From NCBI GenBank assembly GCA_037440365.1, contig JBBIUF010000006.1, positions 10,134-74,133 on the forward strand: a stretch of DNA of 64,000 nt. The letters run 5' to 3'. The stretch's first letter is position 1. Each line of letters begins with the position of its first letter. Position numbers and translations under genes: made by a program. The notes beneath the pieces were generated by a model, which worked only from the letters and a program-made list of their open reading frames with translations, searched no databases and was not told the origin of the DNA. Of the stretch, positions 18,156-27,783 are shown one piece after another. The stretch is from Chloroflexota bacterium. GTDB taxonomy: Bacteria; Chloroflexota; Anaerolineae; UBA4142.

Positions 18156-18895
18156 GCGCCAGTCAACCCTTCATTCAAATCAACAAGGTCTATAAACGTT
18201 TTGGCAAAGTCCAAGCCCTGAACGGCATCACCACGTCCGTTCGGCGCGGCGAAGTGCTTGTGCTGATCGGGCCCAGCGGCTCCGGCAAGTCCACCATGTT
18301 GCGCTGTATCAACGGGTTAGAAACCGCCGACTCGGGGCAAATTTTTGTTGACGGCGCGCAAGTCACGAACGCGGGCAAGAATATCAATTCCGTGCGCGCC
18401 GAAATTGGCATGGTCTTTCAACAATTCAATCTTTTTCCCCACCTGACCGTCTTGCAAAATATCACGCTCGCCCAACAAGTCATCCGCAAACGCTCACCGG
18501 AAGAAAGTAAACAAGTGGCACGCGAACTCTTGGTCAAAGTCGGCATCCCCGAAAAAGCCGATGTCTTTCCGGCGCAATTATCCGGCGGGCAACAACAGCG
18601 CGTCGCGATCGCGCGCGCGTTAGCGATGAATCCCAAGATCATGCTCTTTGACGAACCAACCAGCGCGCTTGACCCAGAAATGATCAAAGAAGTATTGGAC
18701 ACCATGCTCCTCCTCGCCAAAGAAGGCATGACAATGATCGTCGTTTCGCACGAAATGGGCTTTGCGCGCGCGGCGGCGAACCGCATCGTCTTTATGGCAG
18801 AAGGCGCAATCGTCGAAGACACCACACCGGAACAACTCTACACCAATCCCCGCGAAGAACGCACCAAACAATTTTTGGGAAAAATTTTGCACTAG
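18152..18895 (+). CDS. Amino acid ABC transporter ATP-binding protein (GlnQ-like)
   Basis: 247 aa with [24 protein letters not shown] and MLFDEPTSALD. Its start overlaps the permease stop in an ATGA. Confidence 0.92.
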   Translation: MSASQPFIQINKVYKRFGKVQALNGITTSVRRGEVLVLIGPSGSGKSTMLRCINGLETADSGQIFVDGAQVTNAGKNINSVRAEIGMVFQQFNLFPHLTVLQNITLAQQVIRKRSPEESKQVARELLVKVGIPEKADVFPAQLSGGQQQRVAIARALAMNPKIMLFDEPTSALDPEMIKEVLDTMLLLAKEGMTMIVVSHEMGFARAAANRIVFMAEGAIVEDTTPEQLYTNPREERTKQFLGKILH

Positions 18896-18961
18896 CTTGT
18901 TTCAGACCCAGCATCGAGTTTTTCAGGCTTGGGTATTTCTAGATTTAGCGAGGGGGACACT

Positions 18962-19744
18962 ATGGCGTTATTAGACGCCCAACACGTCACCAAACGTTTC
19001 GGCGGCTTGGTCGCCGTGAATAAAGTTACGTTCCAGATCGAGCCCGGGATGATCGCCAGTTTGATCGGACCCAACGGCGCAGGCAAGACAACTTTTTTCA
19101 ATTGCATCACCGGTTTCTACCATCCTGAAGAAGGCACCATTATGTTCAACGGACATGCGCTCGTCGGTTTGTCGCCGGATCGGATCACCGGCTTTGGCAT
19201 TGCGCGAACGTTCCAAAACATTCGCCTATTTTCCAATATGACTGCAATCGAAAACATCATGGTCGGACATCACCCGCGCACGCAAGCCAACCTCTTTGGC
19301 GCAATTGTTCAAAATCGCGGCACGGTTAAGGAAGAAAAATTTGTCTCGTCCCACGCGCACGAATTATTGGAATTTGTGGGCTTGAAGGGTTACGAAAACG
19401 AGTTGGCGAAAAACCTGGCGTATGGCAGTCAGCGCCGGCTCGAAATTGCGCGCGCGCTCGCCACGCAACCCAAACTCTTGTTGCTCGACGAACCGACCGC
19501 CGGGATGAACCCGCAGGAAACCGCCTCGATGGTTGGCTTTATCCGCAGTCTGCGCGATCAGTTGAAACTATCCATTTTGCTCATCGAACACCAAATGAAA
19601 GTCGTAATGACCATCTCTGACGCCGTGAGTGTGCTAGACTTTGGCGAAAAAATCGCGGAAGGCACGCCGGGCCAAGTGCAAAAAAATCCGCGCGTGCGCG
19701 AGGCCTATCTCGGCAAAGAATACGTCGATCAAGAAACCGCGTAG
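18962..19744 (+). CDS. livG: Branched-chain amino acid ABC transporter ATP-binding protein LivG type
   Basis: Start chosen at MALLDAQHV. It has GPNGAGKTT, a LivG-type insert, YGSQRRLEIARAL and LLLDEPTAG. Confidence 0.88.
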   Translation: MALLDAQHVTKRFGGLVAVNKVTFQIEPGMIASLIGPNGAGKTTFFNCITGFYHPEEGTIMFNGHALVGLSPDRITGFGIARTFQNIRLFSNMTAIENIMVGHHPRTQANLFGAIVQNRGTVKEEKFVSSHAHELLEFVGLKGYENELAKNLAYGSQRRLEIARALATQPKLLLLDEPTAGMNPQETASMVGFIRSLRDQLKLSILLIEHQMKVVMTISDAVSVLDFGEKIAEGTPGQVQKNPRVREAYLGKEYVDQETA

Positions 19745-19759
19745 AGGAGACAGGTAACG

Positions 19760-20473
19760 ATGGCAATGCTCGAAGTCAAAGAGATTCACAGTTACTATGG
19801 ACAAATTCACGCGCTCAAAGGCGTTAGTTTGTCAGTGAACCAAGGCGAAATCGTCACGCTGATCGGCGCGAATGGCGCGGGCAAGACCACGACACTGAAA
19901 ACAATCTCCGGCTTGATCCATCCGCGTCAAGGCGAAATCTGGCTGGAGGGCAAACAGATCGATCATTTGCCCGCGCACGAAATTGTTGGACGCGGAATTG
20001 GGCAATCACCGGAAGGGCGCAAGGTTTTTTCACGGCTCACGGTTCAAGAGAATTTGGAAATGGGCGCATACTCGCGCACCGATAAAGCGGGCATTGCGCA
20101 AGACATGGAAAATATTTTCACCCTGTTCCCGCGCCTCGCCGAGCGACGCACGCAAACAGGCGGCACGCTATCCGGCGGCGAGCAACAAATGCTCGCAATG
20201 GGACGCGCCATGATGTCGCACCCGCGCGTGCTGATGCTCGATGAACCATCCATGGGACTAGCACCCGTTCTCGTCGAAGCAATTTTTGAAACCATCCTCA
20301 AACTCAACCAGAGTGGCACAACCATTTTGTTGATTGAGCAAAACGCCGCCAAAGCCCTCCAAGTCGCCAATCGCGGTTATGTGATCGAAACCGGACAAAT
20401 CGTATTGCAAGACATTGCCGCGAACCTGCGTAAAAACGAAATCGTGCGCAAATCGTATTTAGGCGAATCGTAA
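19760..20473 (+). CDS. livF: Branched-chain amino acid ABC transporter ATP-binding protein LivF type
   Basis: 237 aa with GANGAGKTT, LSGGEQQMLAMGRA and LMLDEPSMGLAP. Confidence 0.88.
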   Translation: MAMLEVKEIHSYYGQIHALKGVSLSVNQGEIVTLIGANGAGKTTTLKTISGLIHPRQGEIWLEGKQIDHLPAHEIVGRGIGQSPEGRKVFSRLTVQENLEMGAYSRTDKAGIAQDMENIFTLFPRLAERRTQTGGTLSGGEQQMLAMGRAMMSHPRVLMLDEPSMGLAPVLVEAIFETILKLNQSGTTILLIEQNAAKALQVANRGYVIETGQIVLQDIAANLRKNEIVRKSYLGES

Positions 20474-20504
20474 CCAACGGCGTGAACAATTTCACGCAAA
20501 TCGC

Positions 20505-20532
20505 TTGACAAAGCACTCGAGTATCATATAAT
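20505..20532 (+). promoter_or_regulatory. Consensus-like sigma70-type promoter upstream of livK
   Basis: TTGACA (20505-20510), a 16-nt spacer, then TATAAT (20527-20532). It leaves a leader of about 225 nt before the livK ATG at 20763. Confidence 0.6.
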
Positions 20533-20762
20533 TGCGCGCACTTGGGCTTCAGCCGCATCTGCGCAAACCCGTCTCAATGCCGAGACTAACCCGATGTGAG
20601 GGAGGTGACAATCGCTATCGTTTGAGGCATAACCACTGATGAAACGGTGGTTGAATTATCCGCCGAGCCAACAAGGTTTGGCACGCCTAAGGAAAGAGGT
20701 AGATACTTTCACCCGCTCGCGGAATTGATTCAGGACGCAATCTCTAGAGGAGGAGAAGTACG

Positions 20763-22013
20763 ATGAACCGACGTATTTGGCTCGTAGTGTTGATGGTGGC
20801 AATTTTAGCATTGGCTATCGCCGCCTGCGCGCCCGCACCCACTGCCGCACCAGCGGCGCAACCGACTTCTGCGCCGGCCGCGCAACCAACCGCCGCCCCT
20901 GCGGCTTCCGGCAAAGGCACGATCAAGATCGCCAGCATGAGCCCGCTCTCCGGCGACCAAGCATCGCTCGGTGAAGGCATCAAGCTCGGCACCCAGCTCG
21001 CCATCAAGCAATTGGGCAAACCGATCACCGATCTCGGCTATAAACTCGAATTCGTCCCGTTTGACGATCAAGCGAAACCGGACGTGGGCGTGGCGAACGC
21101 CAAGAACCTCGTCACCGATCCCGACATCCTGGGCTTGGTTGGCACGCTGAACTCCGGCGTCGCGATCCCGTCGTCTGAAGTGTTCAAGGACACGAGCCTC
21201 GTCATGGTTTCCCCCGCGAACACAAACCCAGCCGTGACCGATCGTTTGTATCCCGCCGTCAACCGCATCTGCGGTCGTGACGATGTGCAAGGTCCCGCTG
21301 GCGCGAACTTTGCAAAAGAATTGGGCGCGAAATCTGTCTACATCTTGCACGACAAGACGACGTATGGTCAAGGCGTTGCCGAGTTCTTCCAAGCCGAATC
21401 GAAAAAATTGGGCTTGAATGTTCTCGGTTTTGAAGGCACGGAAGAAAAAGCAAACTTTGACCCGATCTTGACGCCCATCAAAGCCGCGAATCCTGACCTA
21501 GTCTACTTTGGTGGTCTGTATCCGCAAGCCGCGCCTTTGCTCAAACAAATGCGCGACAAGGGCATCAAAGCCTTGTTCCTCGGTCCCGATGGTTTTGACT
21601 CGTCCGACTTTGCGAAACTCGCAGGCGATGCCGGCGTGGGCGCGTACTATACCAGTGTTGCCGCTCCCGCCGCCGCGTTCCCAGACGCCGCGCAATTCAT
21701 CAAAGATTTCAAAGCCGAATACGGCAAGGAACCCCAGCCGTTCGCCGCGCAAGCGTATGACTCGGCAGGCATCATCCTGAAAGCCATCGCCTCCGTCGCG
21801 AAAGACGCCAAACCTACCCGCGCCGCCGTTGCCGCCGCCGTCCGCGCCACCCAGAATTACAAGGGTATCGCCGGCACGTATTCGTTCAACGCGCAAGGTG
21901 ACGTGACGACCGCCAAGTATTTCTTCATCAAAGTTGCATCCGCCGATCCGGCGAAATGGGGCGACAACCCCATCGCCAAGACGCTCGATGTAGCTCCCCC
22001 GACCAAAAAGTAA
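20763..22013 (+). CDS. livK: Branched-chain amino acid ABC transporter substrate-binding lipoprotein (LivK/Peripla_BP_6 family)
   Basis: 416 aa with the lipobox LAIAAC and a Pro/Ala tether. The body reads IKIASMSPLSGDQASLG...GLVGTLNSGVAIPSS... Confidence 0.88.
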   Translation: MNRRIWLVVLMVAILALAIAACAPAPTAAPAAQPTSAPAAQPTAAPAASGKGTIKIASMSPLSGDQASLGEGIKLGTQLAIKQLGKPITDLGYKLEFVPFDDQAKPDVGVANAKNLVTDPDILGLVGTLNSGVAIPSSEVFKDTSLVMVSPANTNPAVTDRLYPAVNRICGRDDVQGPAGANFAKELGAKSVYILHDKTTYGQGVAEFFQAESKKLGLNVLGFEGTEEKANFDPILTPIKAANPDLVYFGGLYPQAAPLLKQMRDKGIKALFLGPDGFDSSDFAKLAGDAGVGAYYTSVAAPAAAFPDAAQFIKDFKAEYGKEPQPFAAQAYDSAGIILKAIASVAKDAKPTRAAVAAAVRATQNYKGIAGTYSFNAQGDVTTAKYFFIKVASADPAKWGDNPIAKTLDVAPPTKK

Positions 22014-22027
22014 ATCGTGATCAAAAA

Positions 22028-22056
22028 GTAGGGGCGGGAAACGCTCCCGCCCCTAC
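22028..22056 (+). terminator. Strong hairpin directly after livK (partial terminator or mRNA-stabilising stem)
   Basis: GTAGGGGCGGGA pairs with TCCCGCCCCTAC, a 12-bp perfect GC-rich stem with a 5-nt loop. The downstream T tract is weak (TCGAATCTTTGG). Confidence 0.5.
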
Positions 22057-22141
22057 TCGAATCTTTGGTTCGCCGAGGAACAAGTTGAGAACCCTTCAAC
22101 AATCTCGATTTTTCAAGTATCTGATTTTACCCGTCTTGCAA

Positions 22142-23203
22142 ATGATCATGTACGTTGCGGTCACCGTAGCAATCCTTTCTGCAATTGTCTTGATTTTGGC
22201 TTTTCTCCTACGCGGCACCCGCACGGACTATAATCTATTTGACCGAGTGTGGCTTATTCTGCCACAGGTTGCCATTGACGGAATCACCGCCGGTTTTGTG
22301 TATGCCATGATCGCCCTGGGCTATACCATGGTCTATGGAGTCTTGGAATTCATCAACTTTGCCCACAGCGAAATTTTCATGGTCGGCGCATTTGCCGGCG
22401 CCGAAGTCTTGTTGCTTTTGAATTCGGCGGGCATCCTGCTGAGTATTCCGCCCCTGCTCTTGCTGGTACTGGTGATCGCCGTGGGCATGGCAGTCAGCGG
22501 TGGTCTTGCCGTCGCGGTAGAACGGATCGCGTATCGCCCGTTGCGCGGCGCACCCCGGTTGGTTCCGCTCATCTCCGCCATTGGCGTCTCGTTGTTCTTG
22601 CAAGACGCCGTCCGCTTTATTGAAAGCATCTGGCGCAACGAATTTTATCTGCGCTACCCCGACATGCCTTTTTTCTCTCAGCGGATTGCCATTACGGATA
22701 CAATTGATTTTTCCATCAAATCGCTCATCGTCATTCTGGGATCGATGTTAATGCTTGTAGCATTGAACTATATCGTCAATGCCACCAAAGTCGGCACGGC
22801 CATTCGCGCCGTAGCGCAAGACCGCGCGACAGCCAGTTTGATGGGCGTGGACGTGAATCGCATCATCGTCTTGACCTTTTTGATCGGTGGCGCGATGGGC
22901 GGCGCGGCGGGCGTGTTGTTTGGTCTGCAATTCAACGTCGTCAATCCCTTTAGCGGATTCATTCCCGGCTTGAAAGCCTTTACCGCCGCGGTGCTGGGCG
23001 GCATCGGCAACATTAGCGGCGCGATGCTCGGCGGGATTGTGCTTGGCATCATGGAAGCCTTTGGCGCGTCGTACCTGTCCATCTTTACGCAAGGCGCCTT
23101 TGGTGCGGAATATAAAGACATTTTGGCGTTTAGCATTTTGATCATCATCCTGATTTTCCGACCGGCGGGGCTGTTGGGCCAAGCCACACACGAACGAGCG
23201 TAG
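22142..23203 (+). CDS. livH: Branched-chain amino acid ABC transporter permease LivH type
   Basis: Start moved from the track's 21956 to the in-frame ATG at 22142 (MIMYVAVTV). The extension would overlap livK and the hairpin. A TTG near 22084 is an alternative start. It carries AIDGITAGFVYAMIALGYTMVYGVLEFINFAH. Confidence 0.85.
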   Translation: MIMYVAVTVAILSAIVLILAFLLRGTRTDYNLFDRVWLILPQVAIDGITAGFVYAMIALGYTMVYGVLEFINFAHSEIFMVGAFAGAEVLLLLNSAGILLSIPPLLLLVLVIAVGMAVSGGLAVAVERIAYRPLRGAPRLVPLISAIGVSLFLQDAVRFIESIWRNEFYLRYPDMPFFSQRIAITDTIDFSIKSLIVILGSMLMLVALNYIVNATKVGTAIRAVAQDRATASLMGVDVNRIIVLTFLIGGAMGGAAGVLFGLQFNVVNPFSGFIPGLKAFTAAVLGGIGNISGAMLGGIVLGIMEAFGASYLSIFTQGAFGAEYKDILAFSILIIILIFRPAGLLGQATHERA

Positions 23204-23215
23204 AGGGAAATTGCC

Positions 23216-24610
23216 ATGACCAAAAACTCTACGACCAAATCCGGTGCAGTTGGACAATTGCTCAAGCGCGCGATCGCAAACCCGCTCATGGTAGTCGGCT
23301 ATATCCTTGTGTCGAGTTGGCTCGTCCTGGTTACGCCGCGGGATATGGCGTATGGCTTGGCGGCGCAAGGCGCGTTTCTTTTGTTTGTCGGCTCAGTCTT
23401 GATTATTTACCTGTCGCCGATCGCAAACTGGCTTCGCGGCGTGCTGGCGTTTACCGTCCTGCTTGTCTTTGTGCCGCTCATTGGCACCTTCAACCAGTAC
23501 TATATTGAAGTCATCACCCAGGTTTGCATTTACGCCGCACTCGCGCTAGGGCTGAATATCGTGGTCGGGTTTGCCGGTTTGCTCGACCTAGGCTATGTGG
23601 CCTTTTATCTCGTCGGCGCATATACCTGGGCGTTCTTCGGTTCGCCGCAAGGACAAAAAGTCATTCCGGTTGAAATCCTCAAGCTCCCGCTCGATCCCTG
23701 GTGGTTTTTTCCATTCTTGTTTGTCGCGATTTTCCTTGCCGCGATGACCGGCATCATGCTGGGCTTGCCGGTCCTCCGGGTGCGCGGCGACTATTTGGCT
23801 GTCGTGACGCTTGGCTTTGGCGAATTGATTCGCGTGGTGACCAACAATCTCGACAAACCGATCAACATCACGAATGGACCGCAAGGCATCACACCCATCG
23901 AACGCCCACCCCTGTTTTTCCTACCCTGGATCAACGGACTCGGCGCAGCGTTCAAAAGTATCGGCTTGGATGGCATCGGTAGTTGGATGGCGAATGCAAC
24001 ACCCGCCCAGCTATACCCAATCTATTTTTACCTGCTTGTGCTAGCTGTGATCGGCATTGTGATCTTTGTCTCGCGCCGCTTGGTTAACTCGCGCATGGGC
24101 CGCGCGTGGGAAGCCGTCCGCGAAGACGAGGAAGCCGCGCAAGCCATGGGCATCGCGATTGTGCCGACCAAGCTCACGGCATTTGCAACCGGCGCGGCGT
24201 TTGCGGGCGTAATGGGCATGCTGTTCGCGTCCAAGCAGGTGTTCATCAATCCCGAATCGTTTACCTTTTTGGAATCCATCGGCGTTTTGGCGATGGTCAT
24301 CATCGGCGGCATGGGTAGTATCCCCGGCGTAGTTCTAGGCGCAACCGCGTTGACCGTGCTCAATCTGCAAATCCTGCCAAACTTGTCGCTCGCGTTGAAC
24401 AGTATTCGCCAAGCCAACTTTATCATCCCGATCATCAACTACAACCTGGCGAATTTACCGACGCAACTCGAACCTGCCAAATATCAGCGCTTGGTCTTTG
24501 GCATCGTACTGATCGTGATGATGATCGTGCGCCCGGAAGGGTTGTTGCCCGCGCAACGACGGCGCATCGAAATTCATGCGGCGGAAGAACAAACCAAAGA
24601 AACCGAGTGA
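23216..24610 (+). CDS. livM: Branched-chain amino acid ABC transporter permease LivM type
   Basis: 464 aa with LGLNIVVGFAGLLDLGYVAFYLVGAYT and a long N-terminal extension. Confidence 0.85.
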   Translation: MTKNSTTKSGAVGQLLKRAIANPLMVVGYILVSSWLVLVTPRDMAYGLAAQGAFLLFVGSVLIIYLSPIANWLRGVLAFTVLLVFVPLIGTFNQYYIEVITQVCIYAALALGLNIVVGFAGLLDLGYVAFYLVGAYTWAFFGSPQGQKVIPVEILKLPLDPWWFFPFLFVAIFLAAMTGIMLGLPVLRVRGDYLAVVTLGFGELIRVVTNNLDKPINITNGPQGITPIERPPLFFLPWINGLGAAFKSIGLDGIGSWMANATPAQLYPIYFYLLVLAVIGIVIFVSRRLVNSRMGRAWEAVREDEEAAQAMGIAIVPTKLTAFATGAAFAGVMGMLFASKQVFINPESFTFLESIGVLAMVIIGGMGSIPGVVLGATALTVLNLQILPNLSLALNSIRQANFIIPIINYNLANLPTQLEPAKYQRLVFGIVLIVMMIVRPEGLLPAQRRRIEIHAAEEQTKETE

Positions 24611-24690
24611 ACTCAAGCCCCGAAGGAAATTCTTCGGGGCTTTTAGATCGTTTGACACACCACTCTCACAATGGTATGCTGGGATCAACC

Positions 24691-25584
24691 ATGACTCGAT
24701 CATCCACACGCGGCTATGCTTTCGTCATTCTCGCCGCGTGCCTCTGGGGCACGCTGGGTCTATTTTTTCGTGTCCTGCACAATACCTATGGCTTGCCCGC
24801 GCTCACCCTGGCATTTTTGCGCGCCGGACTCGGCACCGTCATTGCACTGGGCGCAATGCTGATCATACAACCGCGCGCGTTGCGGTTACCGCGCCGCGCG
24901 CTCGCGTTCTTTGCGCTCTACGGTTTAATTGGCATTGCCGCGTTCTACTGGGTCTATGCCCAAGCCATCCTCTTGACGAATGTAGCAACTGCCGCGGTGT
25001 TGCTGTACACCGCACCCGCCTTTGTCACGCTGATCGCGTGGCGTGCCTGGGGCGAACCGATTGACCGACACAAAATGATCGCGCTAACGCTGGCGTTTGG
25101 CGGCTGTGTGCTTGTCGCCGACGCGTATGACCCAACGCAGTTGAGTTTGAATCTAGTCGGCATTGCCTTGGGCATTGGCGCAGGTTTCGCCTATGCGCTC
25201 TACACGGTGCTTGGCAAAATTGCCATGCGCCAGTATTCGCCCTCAGTCGCGCTAACCTACGAGTTAATCTTTGGTACGTTTTTTCTTTTGCCCCTGCAAA
25301 CCGCCGATGGGTTTGCGCCGCTCGCGCAACCCGTCACGTGGATTTTTCTCGTCGGCTTGGCGCTCGGCCCCACGCTTGGTGCGGCGTGGCTGTTCAATGC
25401 AGGCTTGCAACGAGTCCCGGCAAGCAACGCCAGCATCATCGCCACCATCGAGCCGGTAGTGGCAAGTGTCCTGGCATTTGTGCTTCTCAACGAACGTTTG
25501 GAGATTTTGCAAATACTGGGCGGGGGAATGGTGATCGCCGGAGCGATCTATTTGAGCGCGGGGCAAAAAAAATCGGCGTCGTAA
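24691..25584 (+). CDS. EamA/DMT superfamily transporter
   Basis: Start chosen at MTRSSTRGYAFVILAACLWG. It has 10 TM helices in two EamA repeats. Confidence 0.8.
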   Translation: MTRSSTRGYAFVILAACLWGTLGLFFRVLHNTYGLPALTLAFLRAGLGTVIALGAMLIIQPRALRLPRRALAFFALYGLIGIAAFYWVYAQAILLTNVATAAVLLYTAPAFVTLIAWRAWGEPIDRHKMIALTLAFGGCVLVADAYDPTQLSLNLVGIALGIGAGFAYALYTVLGKIAMRQYSPSVALTYELIFGTFFLLPLQTADGFAPLAQPVTWIFLVGLALGPTLGAAWLFNAGLQRVPASNASIIATIEPVVASVLAFVLLNERLEILQILGGGMVIAGAIYLSAGQKKSAS

Positions 25585-25594
25585 CGCCAAAGAT

Positions 25595-26485
25595 TTATCG
25601 CGGACGCAACCAGAACAAGAGCGTCATTGCGCCGACGACGATCATGCCAAACTCGACGAACACGATGCGATTGAGACGATTCCAAAGATATTGTTGCGTG
25701 ATGCCAGTGAACGCGTAAAAGAAAACCAGCAACAGCACACCGCCCATCAATGCCGTGAGATTCCAATAGTTCAGCGCCCACACCAGTTCGCCCATCGTCA
25801 AGCCAATCATCGCCGAATAAAGCCAGGTGCGCCAAAAATCAGATTCACTGCCACGCAATAATTCGAGCGCGAGTAAAGCCGAAGCAACCGCAATCGCCGG
25901 TGACGAAAACAGACTCCGGACTTTCCAACTATAGATCGTCGCATATAAAACCAGCGCGATCACATACACCGCCAGATTGACTCCCAGCCGCGCCGCGCTA
26001 TAACGAGGATCATTCAAATCAATCGTCAGATATTCGCCGACGATTGCCGCGACAAGAAACGCACCTGCCAACACAACGCCGAGGAGCGCGTAGCCGCCCG
26101 ACGCGCGCACATCCGCAAACGATAACAACATCGTCGCCGTCACTGCGATTGCCGCGGGCAGAATCCACAAAATAAAAATATAGCGATTGTCGGCGAGATG
26201 CACGCGCGGGTGCTGACGCGCAATCGCGTTCACGCCCGCCGCCGTGAGCGCGGCAAGCAGAATCGCGATCAGCCACGATCCCGAGACCGTGAAACTGGCT
26301 TCCGAACCCAGGAACGAAAAGGCAACGCGGCGAGATGGCAAATCGAGAATGAGCGAGAGCGTCAAACCGACCAACACCAGACTCGTGAGCAAACTCAAAC
26401 GATCCAACGGCGCCATACCACGCGGCGTCTGCGACGAGTTAAACATATGCGCATCATAACTGTCGAAAAGGATTTTGTCAAACAA
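25595..26485 (-). CDS. Polytopic integral membrane protein, unknown function
   Basis: 296-aa ORF opening on TTG. An ATG at 26446 (MFNSSQ) is the more likely start. It has about 8 hydrophobic helices, and I recognise no family. Confidence 0.55.
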   Translation of the reverse strand: MFDKILFDSYDAHMFNSSQTPRGMAPLDRLSLLTSLVLVGLTLSLILDLPSRRVAFSFLGSEASFTVSGSWLIAILLAALTAAGVNAIARQHPRVHLADNRYIFILWILPAAIAVTATMLLSFADVRASGGYALLGVVLAGAFLVAAIVGEYLTIDLNDPRYSAARLGVNLAVYVIALVLYATIYSWKVRSLFSSPAIAVASALLALELLRGSESDFWRTWLYSAMIGLTMGELVWALNYWNLTALMGGVLLLVFFYAFTGITQQYLWNRLNRIVFVEFGMIVVGAMTLLFWLRPR

Positions 26486-27150
26486 TGGAAATTCTAATCC
26501 TTGCCTGCCTCGGTTTCATCGTTGGCATCGGCGTCAATCGCCTCGCCGATTATCTAGTTGCCCACGACCCGGAATTGTCTAACACGCAAGCGCGTGGGCG
26601 CGCGCCGCTCGTGAACCTAACAACCGCGGTTTTGTTCGCCATCCTCTGGCTTCGGTTTGGCGCAACCGTCCAGCTGGGTCTCACCGCGATCGATACCGCC
26701 GTGTTCATGCTCGTCCTCATCACCGACCTGGAACATCGCGCGATATTCCCCGATGTGCTGATCGCGGCAATTGGATTTGCCGCCATCGCCAGCCCGTTCT
26801 CAACGATGCGTTGGCAATTGGCGCTTCTCGGTGGCGCAACGGCGTTTGTGATCGTATTCGGCATCTATGCATTCTCCGGCGTCTACGCGCGCGCGCGCGG
26901 ACTCGCGATCAAGGGCGGCGCGTTCGGGCGCGGTGATGTATTCCTCGCCACATTTGTCGGCGTCGTCACCGGCTTTCCCGCAATCATTTACGCGCTCGTC
27001 TACACCATTCTGCTTGGCGGCATCGGCGCACTTGCCAGCGTATTGTACCAACGCTATCGAACCAAAAAGTTTTCGCTTCAAGCCGTGATCCCTTACGGTC
27101 CGTTTTTTTGCATTGCCGGTTGGGCAATTATGGTGTTTGGACTAGCGTGA
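26485..27150 (+). CDS. A24 family prepilin peptidase-like aspartic membrane protease
   Basis: 221 aa and polytopic. The candidate catalytic Asp contexts are LITDLEHRAI and GRGDVFLATFVG. The C-terminus reads IPYGPFFCIAGW. Confidence 0.7.
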   Translation: MEILILACLGFIVGIGVNRLADYLVAHDPELSNTQARGRAPLVNLTTAVLFAILWLRFGATVQLGLTAIDTAVFMLVLITDLEHRAIFPDVLIAAIGFAAIASPFSTMRWQLALLGGATAFVIVFGIYAFSGVYARARGLAIKGGAFGRGDVFLATFVGVVTGFPAIIYALVYTILLGGIGALASVLYQRYRTKKFSLQAVIPYGPFFCIAGWAIMVFGLA

Positions 27151-27222
27151 TCTTTTTGCGGTCTTGCGTGCCGCGGGAATCATGTTAAAATAGCACCCGA
27201 AAATTTGTTCGCAGAGAAACCC

Positions 27223-27771
27223 ATGTCAACCAATCCACCTATTTTTTGCACCAACCATCCCAAGACCGAAACGCTTTTGCGTTGCAACAAATGCGGCAGA
27301 CCGTTTTGCATTCGCTGTCTGGAACGAATGCCGGTCGGCTATCGGTGCAAAGAATGTTTGAATGTGCAACAAGCCGGTTTTTACAATGCCACCTCGGCAG
27401 ACTATGTGGTCGCCGCGCTCGTCGGCATTGTCGTTTCTATTGTCGGCGGCGTGTTCGCCGCGGTGATCAGCGGCTTTTGGCTATTCGCAATTTTTTACGC
27501 GCCGTTTGCCGGAGGCATCATCGCCGAGGTGATTCGCCGCGCAACCCAAAAACGACGCGGCCGGTATCTCTGGCTGGTTGCTTGCGCAACCGTTGTCCTG
27601 GGCGCATTCATCGGCGCAAGCGCGTTCCCGCTATTTGCCCTCCTTGTCAGCGGACGCCTCGATGTATTATTCTTCAACTTGCCCCGTTTGGCAGTTTCAA
27701 CTTTATTCAATCTCGGCTTTGCGATCTATCTCGCCCTCGCGGTGAGTACCGTTTACGCGCGCTTGCGCTGA
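27223..27771 (+). CDS. B-box-type zinc-finger membrane protein
   Basis: The ATG at 27223 (MSTNPPIF) is preferred over the TTG at 27205. The N-terminus reads CTNHPKTETLLRCNKCGRPFCIRCLERMPVGYRCKEC and is followed by 4 TM helices. Confidence 0.65.
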   Translation: MSTNPPIFCTNHPKTETLLRCNKCGRPFCIRCLERMPVGYRCKECLNVQQAGFYNATSADYVVAALVGIVVSIVGGVFAAVISGFWLFAIFYAPFAGGIIAEVIRRATQKRRGRYLWLVACATVVLGAFIGASAFPLFALLVSGRLDVLFFNLPRLAVSTLFNLGFAIYLALAVSTVYARLR

Positions 27772-27783
27772 TCGAGGAGAATT

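Noticed and set aside
20633-20655. CUGAUGA...GAAAC inside the livK leader resembles a hammerhead ribozyme core.
   Set aside because: The CUGAUGA and GAAA elements are contiguous, with no stem II between them, and no stem I/III or cleavage-site context is present. This is a fortuitous match within a simple hairpin (AACCAC/GTGGTT).
21956-22141. N-terminal extension of livH in the track ORF (start at 21956).
   Set aside because: The extension overlaps the end of livK and reads through the 12-bp hairpin at 22028-22056. It encodes a non-membrane, Arg/Gln-rich peptide. The start was moved to 22142, with a TTG near 22084 as the alternative.
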